From: Anolis carolinensis
Taxonomy: Eukaryota
Assembly (NCBI RefSeq): GCF_035594765.1
Contig: NC_085842.1
Span: 33,394,782 to 33,458,781, forward strand
DNA: 64,000 nucleotides
Direction: 5' to 3'
This document shows, one piece after another, positions 44,526-57,786 of this stretch (positions within the stretch are counted from its first letter, which is position 1; every line of letters begins with the position of its first letter). The position numbers were made by a program, and so were the translations under genes. The notes below the pieces were generated by a model, which worked only from the letters and a program-made list of their open reading frames with translations, was not told where the DNA came from and did no database searches.

Positions 44526-47500
44526 GTAATCTTTCACTTTTCATCCATAGTCTTATTCTACATTTCCTTACTTTTGAATTCCATGCAACTGGAAACACTA
44601 TACTTTTCCTAATCTTCTTTGCTTCTCTTCCTTACATTGATGATCTTTCCAGCTGTCTTTAAATACCTTTGTTTTTGCCCAACACCTTTTTCCTTTGCTT
44701 TACCTAATTGAGAGTTCACAAACTATGAATTCGGACACTTAGCTGGGAGGTTGCGTTCCTTCATGATACTACCCGCTGCACAATCTTCAGCCCCTTCTTG
44801 ACAAAAATGGGGCGCAGAAAGAATAAAAAAGCTAGGTAGCTGCCATGCTTAGAGGATTGTGTCCTTGTCCATAGAATATTGTTGTTGTTATATTATTTTT
44901 ACCTGCCTATCCACGTGGCTCAAGGTGGGTTACAACATGACTAAAAACACACAATCATCTAAAAATATTCTACAAAATATATATTAAAATAGACTGACAC
45001 ACATTTAAAATATGTGATTAAAACTGGCTGGATTATTCTTTAACTTTTTAAAAAAGCATGCTATGACATGCAACAATTGAGGATGGTATCTTCCTATGAA
45101 GCACTAAAAATCGATGTTACTGATGACAAAGCAATGGCCTGTAGTGCTATGCTAGTGCCCTGCAATTTCACCTCAATTCTGCCAAGCGTTGTGTGCCTTT
45201 AATTGCATTTTTGAGCACATCCTTTCTGGATAGGGCTTTGCAGCAGACTGTCAATCATTTCTTTTGATTCTTCAGCAGCCAAGTGATGCTAATACTTAGT
45301 GCAAGAGGGAATATAACTCATTTATGCCTATGGCATGATTTACCCTTTAAATTTCCAGATACTATAGATGGAAATGAATTAGCATGAACTATCATTGGCT
45401 TGAATATCCAGTTTGATGCAGCTGTGCTAGGGAAAGGGAGGTGTGGAAATTAGCTAATTTTTTTCTTTACCACTCTTTCACCACAGACACCCTGTACCCA
45501 TATTATTAAAGTAATTATCAATAACCGATTGTTTCAAAAATTAATGGTATCATAATGTATTGTATTGTTATTCATCTCAATTATATTAACTTTTATGTAG
45601 TTATAGCTCACTTTCCCCGCAAAGTGGGAGGCAAGACAGCTTCCAAAAGTTGAACGAAATAGAGATAAAAACAAGTACTGTAGGACTCCTGTATCCATGA
45701 GGGGACACATCCCTGAACTCACAATGGAAACAGGAACCTTGATACGAGCAAGCCCTATTGAAATAAACCACTTCTTCCAGAAGTTACCAAATAGAGTGGT
45801 CCTGGAAGATCTAGGAATTTGCATACTATAGAATTGCCTGGAGGACCTAGAAAATTCCTACAGAGGACATAATGTTGTTGGATGTGAGCAGGTGAAACTG
45901 CAGACAATGGGTATGTGAGTTGTACTGTAGATACAAAGTTATTTTTAAACGCCTGTCAACAATCTATAGAATTAAAGCAAAATATACAAATAATTGTCAA
46001 TGGTGCAGTATTAAAAGCACTTTCAGGCAGTTCCCAACCTTTCAGAATAGATATTTTCACCTTTCGATGGAAGGAAAACGAGGGAGCCATCCCAGCCTCT
46101 CGACAGAGGGAGTCCCAAAATCTGGAAGTAGCCTCCAATAATTCTTCTCCTGAGTTCCCACTAAATGAGCCTTCAAAGGTGGTGACACAGAAAAGAGGGA
46201 TTCTACAGCTTATGGAGGTTTATCTAGAAGAAAACCGATCCTTCAGATGTTTTGTATGAATTGTTAAATCAAACAATATCTTTTAAAAAGTCAATGATCT
46301 GTAATAAACCCAGTGTCAGTGTAGAGAGGATAGGATCCAAGCTTTTCCAAGACTTCTAGCCACTAGCTTTTCCAATATGGGATGCTCAACCTGTATAAAG
46401 AACAAAAGATGTTCTTGCTCTCTCTTGCTGAAAGACATTCCCTGGTTCCTTATAGAAGTCCAAGTGATCTCCGCCCCCCGCCCCCCCTTTGCGGGATATC
46501 TTCCAGTTTTCTTGAATCATCTCTGAGTAATACATGAAATGTTTTAGGCATTGTACATGTCATTATCATATATAAAATGGTAAATATATAATCACTTGTC
46601 TGGAAAATATAAAATCACTTGTCTGGAAGGCACCAATAACTTCTATCTTGCTCCTGCTGGGAACTGTGTGCTGTAAAACCAGTCTTGTCCCGTGTCTGTT
46701 AAGGATTGGCAGGTAACTTGTAGAGGTCATGACAAAGTAAAATCATTGTGAAACTTCTGTCCTTGCCACTTCAATTACAGTATTTTTCCCTGGGGAGGAA
46801 AGTCTTCCTTTTGCCTCCTATTCCCCACTCTCACTCAGTTATCTCCTGAACACGTACTGTGCCTTGTTTCTGCAGTGAAACACTCGTTGACTGAGCTTTC
46901 CTGTTTGGGGGGCCATGCAGAAATGGGTCGAAACCCAGCGGGATATTCATAGGCTTTAATCAGCCTTTCAGAATATGCTTTGCTATTGGATTGTAGAGCG
47001 ATTTTTCTCTACTTCAGGGGTCCTGAACACACCCTGCGATTCTGTGGAACCAAATTCCCTTGAACAGTTGAATAATGAATCAGAAATTGAAGCTGTGTTC
47101 TCTTCTCCTCTGTCCCAATTTCTCTCCGGATACTGTTTTGTTAGAACCATTTAGTGATAGTTTGTGCCTAAAATCTCTCCCAGATGAAGCAGGAAACTTT
47201 AAATATTGCAGTGGGAATGAAAGATTATAGCAAGAATGGGAGAATATGTATCTTTCCCGATGTTACTGCACTTCATTTCCCATAATCCTTAATACTTGAT
47301 AAAACTAATGGGAGTGCAAATCCAGAATCCCTTGGAGGGCTACGGAAGTTGCTTAACCCAGATTATAGAGTGATGATGAGAATGTTGCACTAGGAATGGG
47401 GGGAACTTTAATCCAGGTCCCTGCTTCAATGCAAAAATGTTGCTGGATGTCCTTGGGCATTTTGCTGTACTTTCATCAAATCTATTACACTTAGCCCCCA

Positions 47501-48306
47501 GTCTTCTGAAAAACAAAGTGCAGTCTGAAGTACAAAACTAGTGACTCTGTTTTTGGACAGAAAGGACTGGTCCATGGAGTTCTGACTGGACATATGTGAA
47601 CACTATACTTCAAACACTAGCTGAGGAATGTGAATAATGCATAGTAGGCTCACATACTATGAAAGCGATCTGTTCCAAGACCTTTTATATAATACGAATT
47701 TGGAATAAAATTGCAAACTCTTTTTCCAGGAGAGATTTCACTGTTCATGTCTTCAGCCTAAACACCATGCTGCTGAAAGCTGAAAATACTGTACACAACA
47801 GAATATTCCCTCACCAGCTTCCCCGTGAAGGGAAGAATAGCCTCAGGGAAGATCTTAAGGTGCTTTGATTGTGCTTTTCCTGCATGGCAGGGGTTTGGAC
47901 TAGATAGCCCATGTGGTCTTTTCCAGTTCTATGATTCTAAGACTCACACAGGCTGTCTGTGTCTGAGCTCCTGAAAGAACCCTCCTCCCTGAGTGCCAAT
48001 TTCAGTGGTAATCCTGGCTGTGCAGAGCCATATACCTCTCCACCAAGAAGGAGTTCAATTCCTTCTTCTGCCAATAGGAGCACAGCAGGGTTCCCATCAA
48101 ATCTGCAACCAGATAAAGGTCTGCTTTCAGAATGTCAGCTCATGCAATCCGGTTCCTCATTACCCTCGCTTTTGTCCATTGAGGAAGTCTTTATACTGTA
48201 TAACATGAACTGAACAACGCGAACTCATAGGCTGGCCACTATAGTCTTACTTGAACTAGTTCTACACAAATTTGTTAGTGAGATGTAAAAACTTATTCAT
48301 TTAGTG

Positions 48307-48441
48307 CAGTGATTCTTAACCTGGGGTCCCCAGATGTTTTTGTCCTACAGCTCCCAGAAATCCCAGCTGGTTGACCAGCTATTAGGATTTCTGGGAGTTG
48401 AAGACCAAAAACATCTGGGAACCCCAGGTTGAGAACCACTG
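48307..48441. mobile_element. Palindromic hAT MITE
   Basis: Same family as 7241; perfect 8-bp TSD ATTTAGTG. Confidence 0.92.
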
Positions 48442-48986
48442 ATTTAGTGAGAAAAGAAAATTTGATGAAGCTGTCATTCACATGAATAAAAAAGCCACAC
48501 ACGCATACATATATTTATTGCTGTTATTAAGATAGCTTTTGGTTTGCTTCTGCCATGTCCAAAAGTAGTATTTTTGTTCTAAACTTGCATTGTTACCAAA
48601 AGAAGCCTGCCTTGTCCTTTCCTTTGTGATCCTGTTGATGAAGGTGAATATTGCAGAGCTAAATGGGACTGCCAATAAAAGTAACACACCAGAACAATGG
48701 GGCAAGAGCTTTCAAAGAAAAGGGATGCATCTGTGGAAACCATGGAGTGACTGGTTTTTGTAAGAGCTCAAGTGGCTCTGCAGTTTCGCTCCCTTGTCAA
48801 CTTTCAGTGCTTTGCTGACTGCTTCTTTGTTGGAGCACTAAATGTGGAATAGTAAGGCAGGTAGTAAGTAATGAATGGAAGAAGTGCTTGTAAGATACAC
48901 TTAGAACAGGATTACAGTGGGGCCCGACAGCTCTTGCTTCATCTCTCATGTTCTCTTCTCTTCTCCACCGCTTTCCTTCCATTCAG

Positions 48987-49053
48987 AGCTGGGACCTTGT
49001 GCAGCAGACACAGAACTACCTGAAGCTTTTGATCTCCATTATCAATGGTGACG
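48987..49053 (+). CDS. MTMR14: MTMR14 coding exon 10
   Basis: SWDLVQQTQNYLKLLISIINGD; CAG / GTGAGT. Confidence 0.95.
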
Positions 49054-49835
49054 GTGAGTTTCTCTTCTTGCAGTGGAATGAGAACAAAAGTGAAGGGGCA
49101 GTGGGATGAGTTGCCCTGTGGGGTGGCCTCCTTAGCAACTATTTTAAGAAAAAAGAAGGCAAGATAAATCTCGGCTAAAATATAGCTGGGCATAGCAAAT
49201 GTGGATTTCTTTGTGAGCCTCAGCTTGATTTCTTTGTGGGCCTCAATCCACAGGTCAATCTACACATCCAAATGTTTGAAACTGGGAAGTCTGCCTCATC
49301 AATCATGTGATCTGTGCCAGCAGTAGTTAAACTGTGCCCCAAAATGAGAAGTGCAGGTTTGTTAACTTGCCGGTACATGTACAAATATTACATGACAACT
49401 AGTAAAGACAAAATGCTAGATCGTCAGTGCTGGAAACACAAGGGTGGTAGTAGTTGAAGACATTTTGTTCTATGGAAGTGTAGCTGATCCTGATAGACAA
49501 TACTTTCCCATGGGTTTTGGATTTTAATTTGTACATATGCATTAACATGGCCATGCTATTTTTGTAACTTGTGGATCTTAGTTTTTTTCTGTTTCCTCAT
49601 GGCTGAAGAAAGAGCGAGTTTACTGTCACTGTTTTTCCTCCAACCAATGAATGGACCATATCTCCCCTTTTCAAGGGGTGCAAGCTTTCATAGGGGCTCA
49701 GTTCCCTGGCTGATGTGCTTCTTTCTTGCTCACTGTTCTCAGGCAACACCATGGCATCTGTTGCTCTCAGTGCTGGCTCTACATCTTGAGCTCTGGAGGA
49801 GATATTGACTGAGTATATCCAGTTTTATATATCCA

Positions 49836-50115
49836 GGGCCGGGCTTAGCACAGCAGGCTAAACCACTGTGCTGCAGAAAAATCCTGCTGATCAAAAGGTT
49901 GGCAGTTTGAGCCCAGGTTGTGGGTGAGCACCCACCTAGCAGGTCGAAAGCAGAAATGCGGGTTGATAAATAGGTACCACTTTTAGCAGGGAGATTTAAT
50001 AAAGGCGCCCTTAAGGACATCGATCAGGAGGAAGCTCCTTGACATGGAAGATGGAGCGACAACACCCCCTCCCTCCCCCACGTGGCCGGAGTCGAGCACA
50101 GCCTCCAAGATGCCT
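49836..50115 (+). mobile_element. tRNA-derived SINE (Sauria-SINE-like), partial
   Basis: Head GGGCCGGGCTTAGCACAGCAGGCTAAAC; body CCACCTAGCAGGTCGAAAGC...ATAAATAGGTACCAC; similar to 6503-6962. Confidence 0.7.
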
Positions 50116-51229
50116 GATATAAACCAGAAGAGTTAAACCCACAAATCTAGAGAGCCGACTATAGTTCTACGGTCTGAAAATGTAGTTTATTACTGCTCCC
50201 CCTGGAAGAAAGGAAGGGTGTCTTCAAACAGAGTTTAACTGAGTAGAATTTCTTACCACAAGATGTGGTTATGGCTACCAGGTTGGATTCCTTTAAAGGA
50301 AGTTTGGATGACTTCATGATAAAAGGGATTATCAGTGGCTATCAGTGTATCACCTCCAATATCAGGAACAGTCCCTGGGAAGTGTGAAATGGGAGGTTCT
50401 ACAGGGAGGGATCCTATAGGCAACTATGTAAACAGAATTTTGGACTAAATCGATTGGACTAAATTGGACTAAATTCTTTGATATGGCATGGCTCTTATGT
50501 TCTTGTGTTATTTATTTCATAGAATCATAGATTTGGGAGAGACTCCAATAGTCATCCAGTCCAGCCTCATTCTACCATTCAGGAATACCTAGTGAAATAC
50601 CTCCTGATACATGGACATCAAGCCTCAGCTTAAAAATCCCCAAAGAAAGAGATTCACCACAGTCTGAAACCATCTTATTAATAAAATGTTTTACTGCTCA
50701 CCAAGTGATACACAAAACACATATAGAAACATATTAAGAGAATACTGAAACCCATTTTCTTTTTACTGTTACGATTTTCTAAAAACAAATATTTAATGTT
50801 CTGGTTCTTAAAAATGATTTAAAGCAGTGACCATTGTACTACAAGAGGGATTAAAGTTACCCCTATTTAAGTTACACTTGTAATCTAGTTATACCTTACT
50901 CATTAGAAGGGAAATAATTGGTTGTTTGTAACTTACTTCTTCCAGATTCTCAAGAATGGATGCTAACTTCTCAGGCAGATGAAATGTGTGATTAATTCTA
51001 AGTCTGGATGAATATATTGGCATAGTCTCTAATTTCCTCTGCTTTGCAGAAACTATCTCTGGAGAATGCTCAGCCTTGTGCAGCTGGCCCGGCATATGCC
51101 ATTGCATCCCCTGTGGACAAACGGAGGCCTCGGTCCCGTGGGGGTCTTTTCATCTTGAATGCCATACAAGTAACACAGCTCTTTTTCCTCCCTCTGCTTT
51201 TGCTTTCCTTTCCTGCCGGCTCAGCACAG

Positions 51230-51315
51230 ATGACAGTGGGCTCCTGGTACACTGTATATCCGGCTGGGACAGGACGCCACTCTTCATCTCCCTCCTGCGC
51301 CTCTCCCTGTGGGCT
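51230..51315 (+). CDS. MTMR14: MTMR14 coding exon 11 (catalytic CX5R motif)
   Basis: DDSGLLVHCISGWDRTPLFISLLRLSLWA, containing the myotubularin-type HCxxGWDRT motif; CAG / GTGAGT. Confidence 0.97.
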
Positions 51316-52772
51316 GTGAGTACCTAGAAGTGCCTTAGCTTGGCTATGGCAGATGTGAGGGTGCAGCTGGGGCTGCAAAGAATGCATCCAGGGTGTAGGG
51401 TATGTCTTCCCTCCTGCTAACCCTAGCCAGCTGCTTTGTGCATATATTTATTTTTAGAAGATGCAAGGTTCTGCTGGCAGAAGACACAACTCCCATATAT
51501 AAAATTGGTGGGACATTCTATTGCTTACAAAGTTTGGGGAAGGGGGCAGATTTTAGAGTGGTTAAATCTTGTATTTCATCGTAGAATGACATAAGGGTGG
51601 GTAGAATATTAATTGCACTCTGTTGAAAACTTACACTTAGATTTCAGAAGCTCCCTATAGGTGGAGCCCCAGAGAATCCGGGAGGTGAGACTGAACATTT
51701 GTTGCAGCCTCCATAATGGCAGTTTTTTTCCCCAAAACCTACTTTCTCATAATGCTGCTTTATATTTGTATAGATTATCCCCCCAAAGGCCAATAGGCCA
51801 GGCAGAGTGATATCTATTTTCCACATTAAGGAGATATTTGGAAGGAGTCCCAAGAATCCTGATACCAAACATCTTTTCCCTTCTAGCTTCTGATTTCTGG
51901 GCAATGTCTATTATTCGCTGGCTGAATTTCACAGACTGCTTCCCCAGAACCTGACATAATTTGTGTTTGACTTTTTGACTCTACACACATTTCTGTGTTG
52001 TCCTTGTGGCACATTGTATTAATCTTGTGTTCAGGCAGACCTATAACATTGGCTTCCTCTCATCTTTCTCTTGAGATCGATTTCCATCTTTAGCCCAGGT
52101 GGATTTCAGCACTGGGGAAAAATTGTGCTCAGCCAAATAGAATTGCATTGCATTGATTTTATTCTGTTTGTACAAGTTAAATTAGTTTGCTAGAGAAGTT
52201 GATAAGGACTTTTGATGTCAGGGAATGAAGTAAGAAGCTCTTGGCTGAGAAAGTACTGCAGAATCTGAGAAGCTGTAAACAGATGCAGGCAAGTTGTGGG
52301 CACTTCTCAGTGTCAAATATATATCACGCTGTTAGCAAATCTAGGAGTTTCATCTTCAGTAATCAAAGAGTTGGAAGAGCTCACAAGGGCCATCTAGTTC
52401 AAACCCATTCTGCCATTTAGGAACACACAATCAATGCACTCTTGAAAGATGGCCATCCAGCCTTTGTTTAAAAATCTCCATAGAAGGGGACTCCACCACA
52501 TTCCAAGTGAACAAGAACTAGAAGCATCCTTTTTGTGATCTCAAATGTAGATCTCATTACTTTATGGTGAGCAAAATGCATAACTTTGGATTGAAAATAA
52601 TGTTTGCTTTGTAGATAGATTTTGTATTATTAAAAAACTAGATCTCTGCAGTACCCTGAACTTTAATCTGTTTTGCCTTATGGGGGTTGCAGTGTTTGAT
52701 CAGCAGGGAAGAAACTGGGCAAAGAATATCTGTAATGCATGGTGTATTTATCAAGCATCTTTCCTTCCTTAG

Positions 52773-52849
52773 GATGGGCTGATCCACACATCCTTGGAAC
52801 CTTCAGAGATACTTTACCTGACAGTGGCCTACGATTGGTTCCTCTTTGG
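52773..52849 (+). CDS. MTMR14: MTMR14 coding exon 12
   Basis: DGLIHTSLEPSEILYLTVAYDWFLFG; TAG / GTAAGC. Confidence 0.96.
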
Positions 52850-53186
52850 GTAAGCCTTCTGAAGACCGGTTTACTTCACTTGGGAATATAGGATGCTCTC
52901 TTATACTGAGTTATACTACTTGGAAATATAGGATGCTCTCTTATACTGAGTTACGCTTTTAGTGTGCATTACCTAGTATTGCTAACTTTTAACTGGCAGT
53001 GGCTTTCCAGAGCTTTTGGCAGAATTTGTTCCAAGCCCTTCCTGGAGAGCTCCCTTGATATTCCCTGGTACTTTCCTATTTAGGTAATAAGCAGGTTTTG
53101 CTTAACTTCTAAAAACAAAACAAAAACAACTTTTGTGTAGTATAATGTTATAGAGATGATTTGGTCAGACCATTTCCAGCTCTCCA

Positions 53187-53243
<57 letters not shown>

Positions 53244-53872
53244 GGTATAATAATTAAACTTTATTTATATGCCACACCTATCTCCCCGAGGGGACTCAGG
53301 GCAGTTTCCAACAAAAGAATAGCAAACATTCAATGCCGTAATAAACCAACAAAAACAAATAAAACAACCCAACCAAATCCCAGAAATATAACACATAATC
53401 AAAAATTAAATAATAACATAACTGATCAATTACATAGCCATCAAGAGTTGACTCAGGAGCAGAATGGCTTTACAGAACAACAAAGGGCCAAACAAACATC
53501 AAATAAATCTGCAAAGGAATATATCTTGAGATCTGAGTTCGAGAAGAAGACATCAGTAAAAAAGGCAGCAAATAAATTCATTTCCTTATTGGATACCACT
53601 TCTACACACATGTTTTTGGCACTAAAATACACCTTTGAGCATATAGATTGGGCAAGGGTCTTTATACAGTTCTTCCAGTCATCAAAGGGGAATCCTTGGC
53701 TTTGTTTCCCTCTGGTTCTCTATTAACCAGATTGGCTTCAGCATCTCCCCCAAGAGAACCAGGAGGTGGCAGAGGCAGAAAGGCCTCATCCTGGATTTGT
53801 TCATAAAGGTGTTGCTTAATACGAGCTTGAATCCTCCTCCTACACATAATGTAGAGCCTCATCACACAAGAG

Positions 53873-54868
53873 CAGTGTTTCCCAAACTCTCCTACAGTGT
53901 CAGGACCCAGGCTGCAGAACACCAATAACCACGCGCAGAGGCCAGACTCTATCTAATATCTTTATTAAAGAAATATATAAAAACAATAAAAACAAGTGAA
54001 GAATATAGTTCAGAAGCAGACCTTTCAGATGAGGTCAAATATAGTCCAGAAATGTATTGTCCAATATAAGATATTAGATTTCAAAGTTTTAATCCACTTG
54101 ACCGAAACACACACTTTGCCAAGCAATAGTGTGGGGAAATAACAGAGTCTTTATAGTCCAATGAAGCTTGACAACAAGGCTGGAATTAAACTTGATTCTT
54201 GACTTGATCCAAGACTTGAAACGAGGCAAACATGAAGCATGAAACAAAGTCCGTGGCAAAACGTGAAACAAGGCAAGGCTTGAGACTTGATCCGGGAAGC
54301 AAGGAACTGGGATTACGAAGTCCACACACGATCTCTCTCCTCAAGCTGATTAATTGACTCCGCAAAGTTCCCCTTGCGACAAACACCTATATTGGGTCTC
54401 GTTTTCCCGCCAACAGAACACTTTCCCTAGAGAACGAGAAGCGAAACCCAACTCTGTCCAGATGCATGACTCCTTAGAATTTCCCAAGGGAAGCAGACCT
54501 AATCAGCTAGTTGTTTGGCAGCGATTCTCAGGCTCCGGCGATTAGCCTCTCTGACTCCTCTATCTATAGTATAATTGTCCCTCCGGGAAAACGGGGGGGA
54601 GTTCTGCCCAAGGCCTGTTTGGCTGAATTCTTGAGGGCAAACATCCTCCAGGTGGAGAGGCTCCGGCTCTGGCTGAACCGGCGAAAATCCCATGTTTTCC
54701 TCTTCGTCTGCCACAATAGTACTAGGAACAGGACTACAAGGCCCATGAGTCATCACATACAGGGGTTTTGGACTTAAGCTCCCACAATCCCTAACAGCTG
54801 GTAAGATGGCTGGGATTTCTGGGAGCTGAAGTCCAAAACACCTGGAAGAGCAGGTTTGAAAAACACTG
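53873..54868. mobile_element. hAT MITE interrupted by a solo LTR
   Basis: TIR CAGTGTTT...AAACACTG; TSD CACAAGAG / CACTAGAG. Confidence 0.8.
53898..54757 (-). mobile_element. Solo LTR (860 bp)
   Basis: TGT...ACA termini; exact 5-bp TSD TACAG (53893-53897 and 54758-54762); AATAAA on the minus strand at ~53961. Confidence 0.88.
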
Positions 54869-54947
54869 CACTAGAGCATCTATCTCGATCTGTGGATCCC
54901 CAGGTGTTTTGGCCTACAACTCACAGAAATCCCAATCAGTTTACCAG

Positions 54948-56174
54948 TACAGTGGCACTTATTTCACATGCCAGTAAGGTAATGCTCAAGATCCTGCAAG
55001 GCAGACTCCAGCAATACATGGAGCAAGAGCTGCCAGATGTCCAAGCTGGGTTTAGAAAAGGCAGAGGAACAAGAGACCAAATTGCCAATATCCGCTGGAT
55101 AATGGAGGAAGCCAGGGAGTTTCAGAAAAACATCTACTTCTGCTTTATTGATTATTCTAAAGCCTTCGACTGTGTGGACCATAACAAACTGTGGCATGTG
55201 CTTGGTGGTATGGAGATACCAAGTCACCTTGTCTGTCTCCTGAGAAATCTGTATAAAGACCAAGTGGCCACAGTAAGAACAGACCACGGAACAACAGACT
55301 GATTCAAGATTGGGAAAGGAGTACGGCAGGGCTGTATACTTTCGCCCTACCTATTCAACTTGTACACAGAACACATCATGCAACGTGCGGGGCTTGACAA
55401 ATCCAAGTCGAGTTAAAATTTCTGGAATTAACATTAACAACCTTAGGTATGCAGATGATACCACTCTGATGGCTGAAAGTGAGGAAGAGCTGAGGAGCCT
55501 TATCACCAAAGTGAAAGAAGAAAGTGCAAAAGCCAGGCTGCAGTTAAACATCAAGAAAACCAAGATCATGGCAACCAGACCGATTGACAACTGGCAAATA
55601 GAGGGAGAAAACGTGGAGGCAGTGACAGACTTTATATTTCTAGGTGCAAAGATCACTGCAGATGCAGACTGCAGCCAGGAAATCAGAAGACGTCTACTTC
55701 TTGGGAGGAGAGCAATGGCCAACCTCGATAAAATACTGAAAAGCAGAGACATCACACTGGCAATGAAGGTCCGCATAGTGAAAGCAATGGTATTCTCCAT
55801 AGTAACCTCTGGCTGCGAGAGCTGGACCATAAGGCTGAGCGAAGGAAGATAGACACTTTTGAACTTTGGTGCTGGAGGAAAATCCTGAGAGTGCCTTGGA
55901 CCGCAAGAGGATCCAACCAGTCCATCCTCCAGGAAATAACCCCCGACTGCTCACTGGAGGGAAGGATATTAGAGGCAAAGTTGAAGTATTTTGGCCACAT
56001 CATGAGAAGACAGGAAAACTTGGAGAAGATCATGATGCTGGGGAAAATGGAAAGAAAAAGGAAGAGAGGCGACCAAGGGCGAGATGGATGGACGGTATCC
56101 TTGAAGTGACTGGTGTGGACTGGGCCATGAGGTCACGAAGAGTCGAAAACGACTGAACGAGTGAGACGACGACA
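54948..56174 (+). pseudogene. 5'-truncated RTE/BovB-like LINE, disrupted
   Basis: ALISHASKVMLKILQGRL, QAGFRKGRGTRDQIAN, FIDYSKAFDCVDH, NLRYADD; in-frame TGA at 55300 plus frameshifts; TSD TTACCAG. Confidence 0.93.
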
Positions 56175-56677
56175 TTACCAGCTTTTAGGATTTCTGTGAG
56201 TTGAAGGCCAAAACATCTGGGGACCCACAGGTTGAGAACCACTGATCTATCTGCTTTAAATGCTGTAGCTGCCTTCTGCAGAATTACAGGGGTTGTAGTT
56301 TCATGAGACCCAGGGCCTCTCTGGCTGAGCAGTCTAAAGACACTCCCTGAACAACAAGCCCCAGAATTCTGCAGGAGGCAGCCACAGCATTTAAAGTGGA
56401 TTAAAGTGGATAGATGCTCTTGTGTGATGAGGTCCCCAGAGTTGGTCATTTCTTCTGTAGACAGAAAAGCTTGGCGAAGAAAGAATGAATTTGTGTATTA
56501 GGTTATTCAAACTGTTCAAACACTTGGGTAGGAACGCAAAAGTGTTTTGTTCTGGCCCCTAAAGTTGCATACCAGGAAGTTTCATTTAAGGCTGCCACTT
56601 CACAAATCAATTGGCTTCCAGGTGCAGTTTTGCGTGTGTGTGTATATTGCACTTACATATACTAGAACATGATAATA

Positions 56678-57368
56678 CTGTCTTTCTTCAATTGTAAGAT
56701 GCCATCAATTGTAAAATCTATATATATAAAAGAGTGATGGAATCCCGGCGACCAACAAAACAACAAAACTAAACACCCCACAACCTTGAAAATTGACAAC
56801 ATGACCCCTCATCCACGCCTCTAGGTTGATACAACAAAAAGAAAAGAAAAATAAAGCCCTAATTAGAGGGAGAGGAATAATTGCTTTTATCCAATTGCTG
56901 CCAGTTAGAAGGCTAAGCTCCACCCACTTGGTCTCCTAGCAACCCAATCAGCCCAGGGGACAGGCAGAGTTAGGTCTCACTTAGGCCTCTTCCACACTTC
57001 CTATAAAATACAGATTATCAGATTTGAACTGGATTATATGGCAGTGTAGACTCAAGGCCTTTCCACACAGCTATATAACCCATTTATAATCTCATATTAT
57101 CTGCTTTATGAGCACCAATCCCCAAAGTCAGACACGACTGAACTTAATGTCAGGAGAAAACCTTTACCCTTTACCTTAACTACCACCAATTCCTCAATAC
57201 TTTATTTCCCATATCACCATACTTCGCCACAGCAATGCGTGGCCGGGCATAGCTAGTGCATCCTAATTTCAGTACCACCACCACCAACAACAAAATTACG
57301 TAGGACGCACCCCATTTTTAGAGATGTTTATATAGGGAAAAGGGCATCCTACAATGGAAGAAATACTG
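56678..57368. mobile_element. Tc1/mariner-type MITE interrupted by a Helitron
   Basis: TA|CTGTCTTTCTTCAATTGTAAGATGCC ... GGCATCCTACAATGGAAGAAATACTG|TA imperfect TIRs. Confidence 0.72.
56717..57256 (+). mobile_element. Non-autonomous Helitron
   Basis: A|TCTATATATATAAAA 5' end; 3' hairpin GCCAC-AGCAATGC-GTGGC then CTAG|T; no TSD. Confidence 0.85.
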
Positions 57369-57396
57369 TAATAGTTGGAGCACCAACCCCTTTGCA

Positions 57397-57462
<66 letters not shown>

Positions 57463-57651
57463 TCTGCTTTATCTCCCCAAAGGATGCTCAAAGCAGCTCC
57501 AAAGAGGACTCAAAGCAGCAAACCCAGTGTTGATATAGTTTCGATTTTTGACTAAGGGCCTTATGGGAAAAGAAAGTTGAGGGCTAGCCTTGCCTTAGGT
57601 CTCTCTTCCCATGGGCTTTCTGCATTTCCACTTGTCCTGTTTCCTCTATAG

Positions 57652-57786
57652 CAGTGGTTCTCAACCTGTGGGTCCCCAGGTGTTTTGGCTCACAACTCCC
57701 AGAAATCCCAGCCAGTTTACCAGCTGTTAGGATTTCTGGGAGTTGAAGGCCAAAACATCTGGGGACCCACAGGTTGAGAACCAGTG
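57652..57786. mobile_element. Palindromic hAT MITE
   Basis: Same family as 7241; TSD degenerate (CTCTATAG / CTCTGTGG). Confidence 0.9.

Noticed and set aside
44389-44662. Poly-Asn / poly-Leu ORFs, and the poly-Cys ORF at 5737-6003
   Set aside because: Microsatellite translations.
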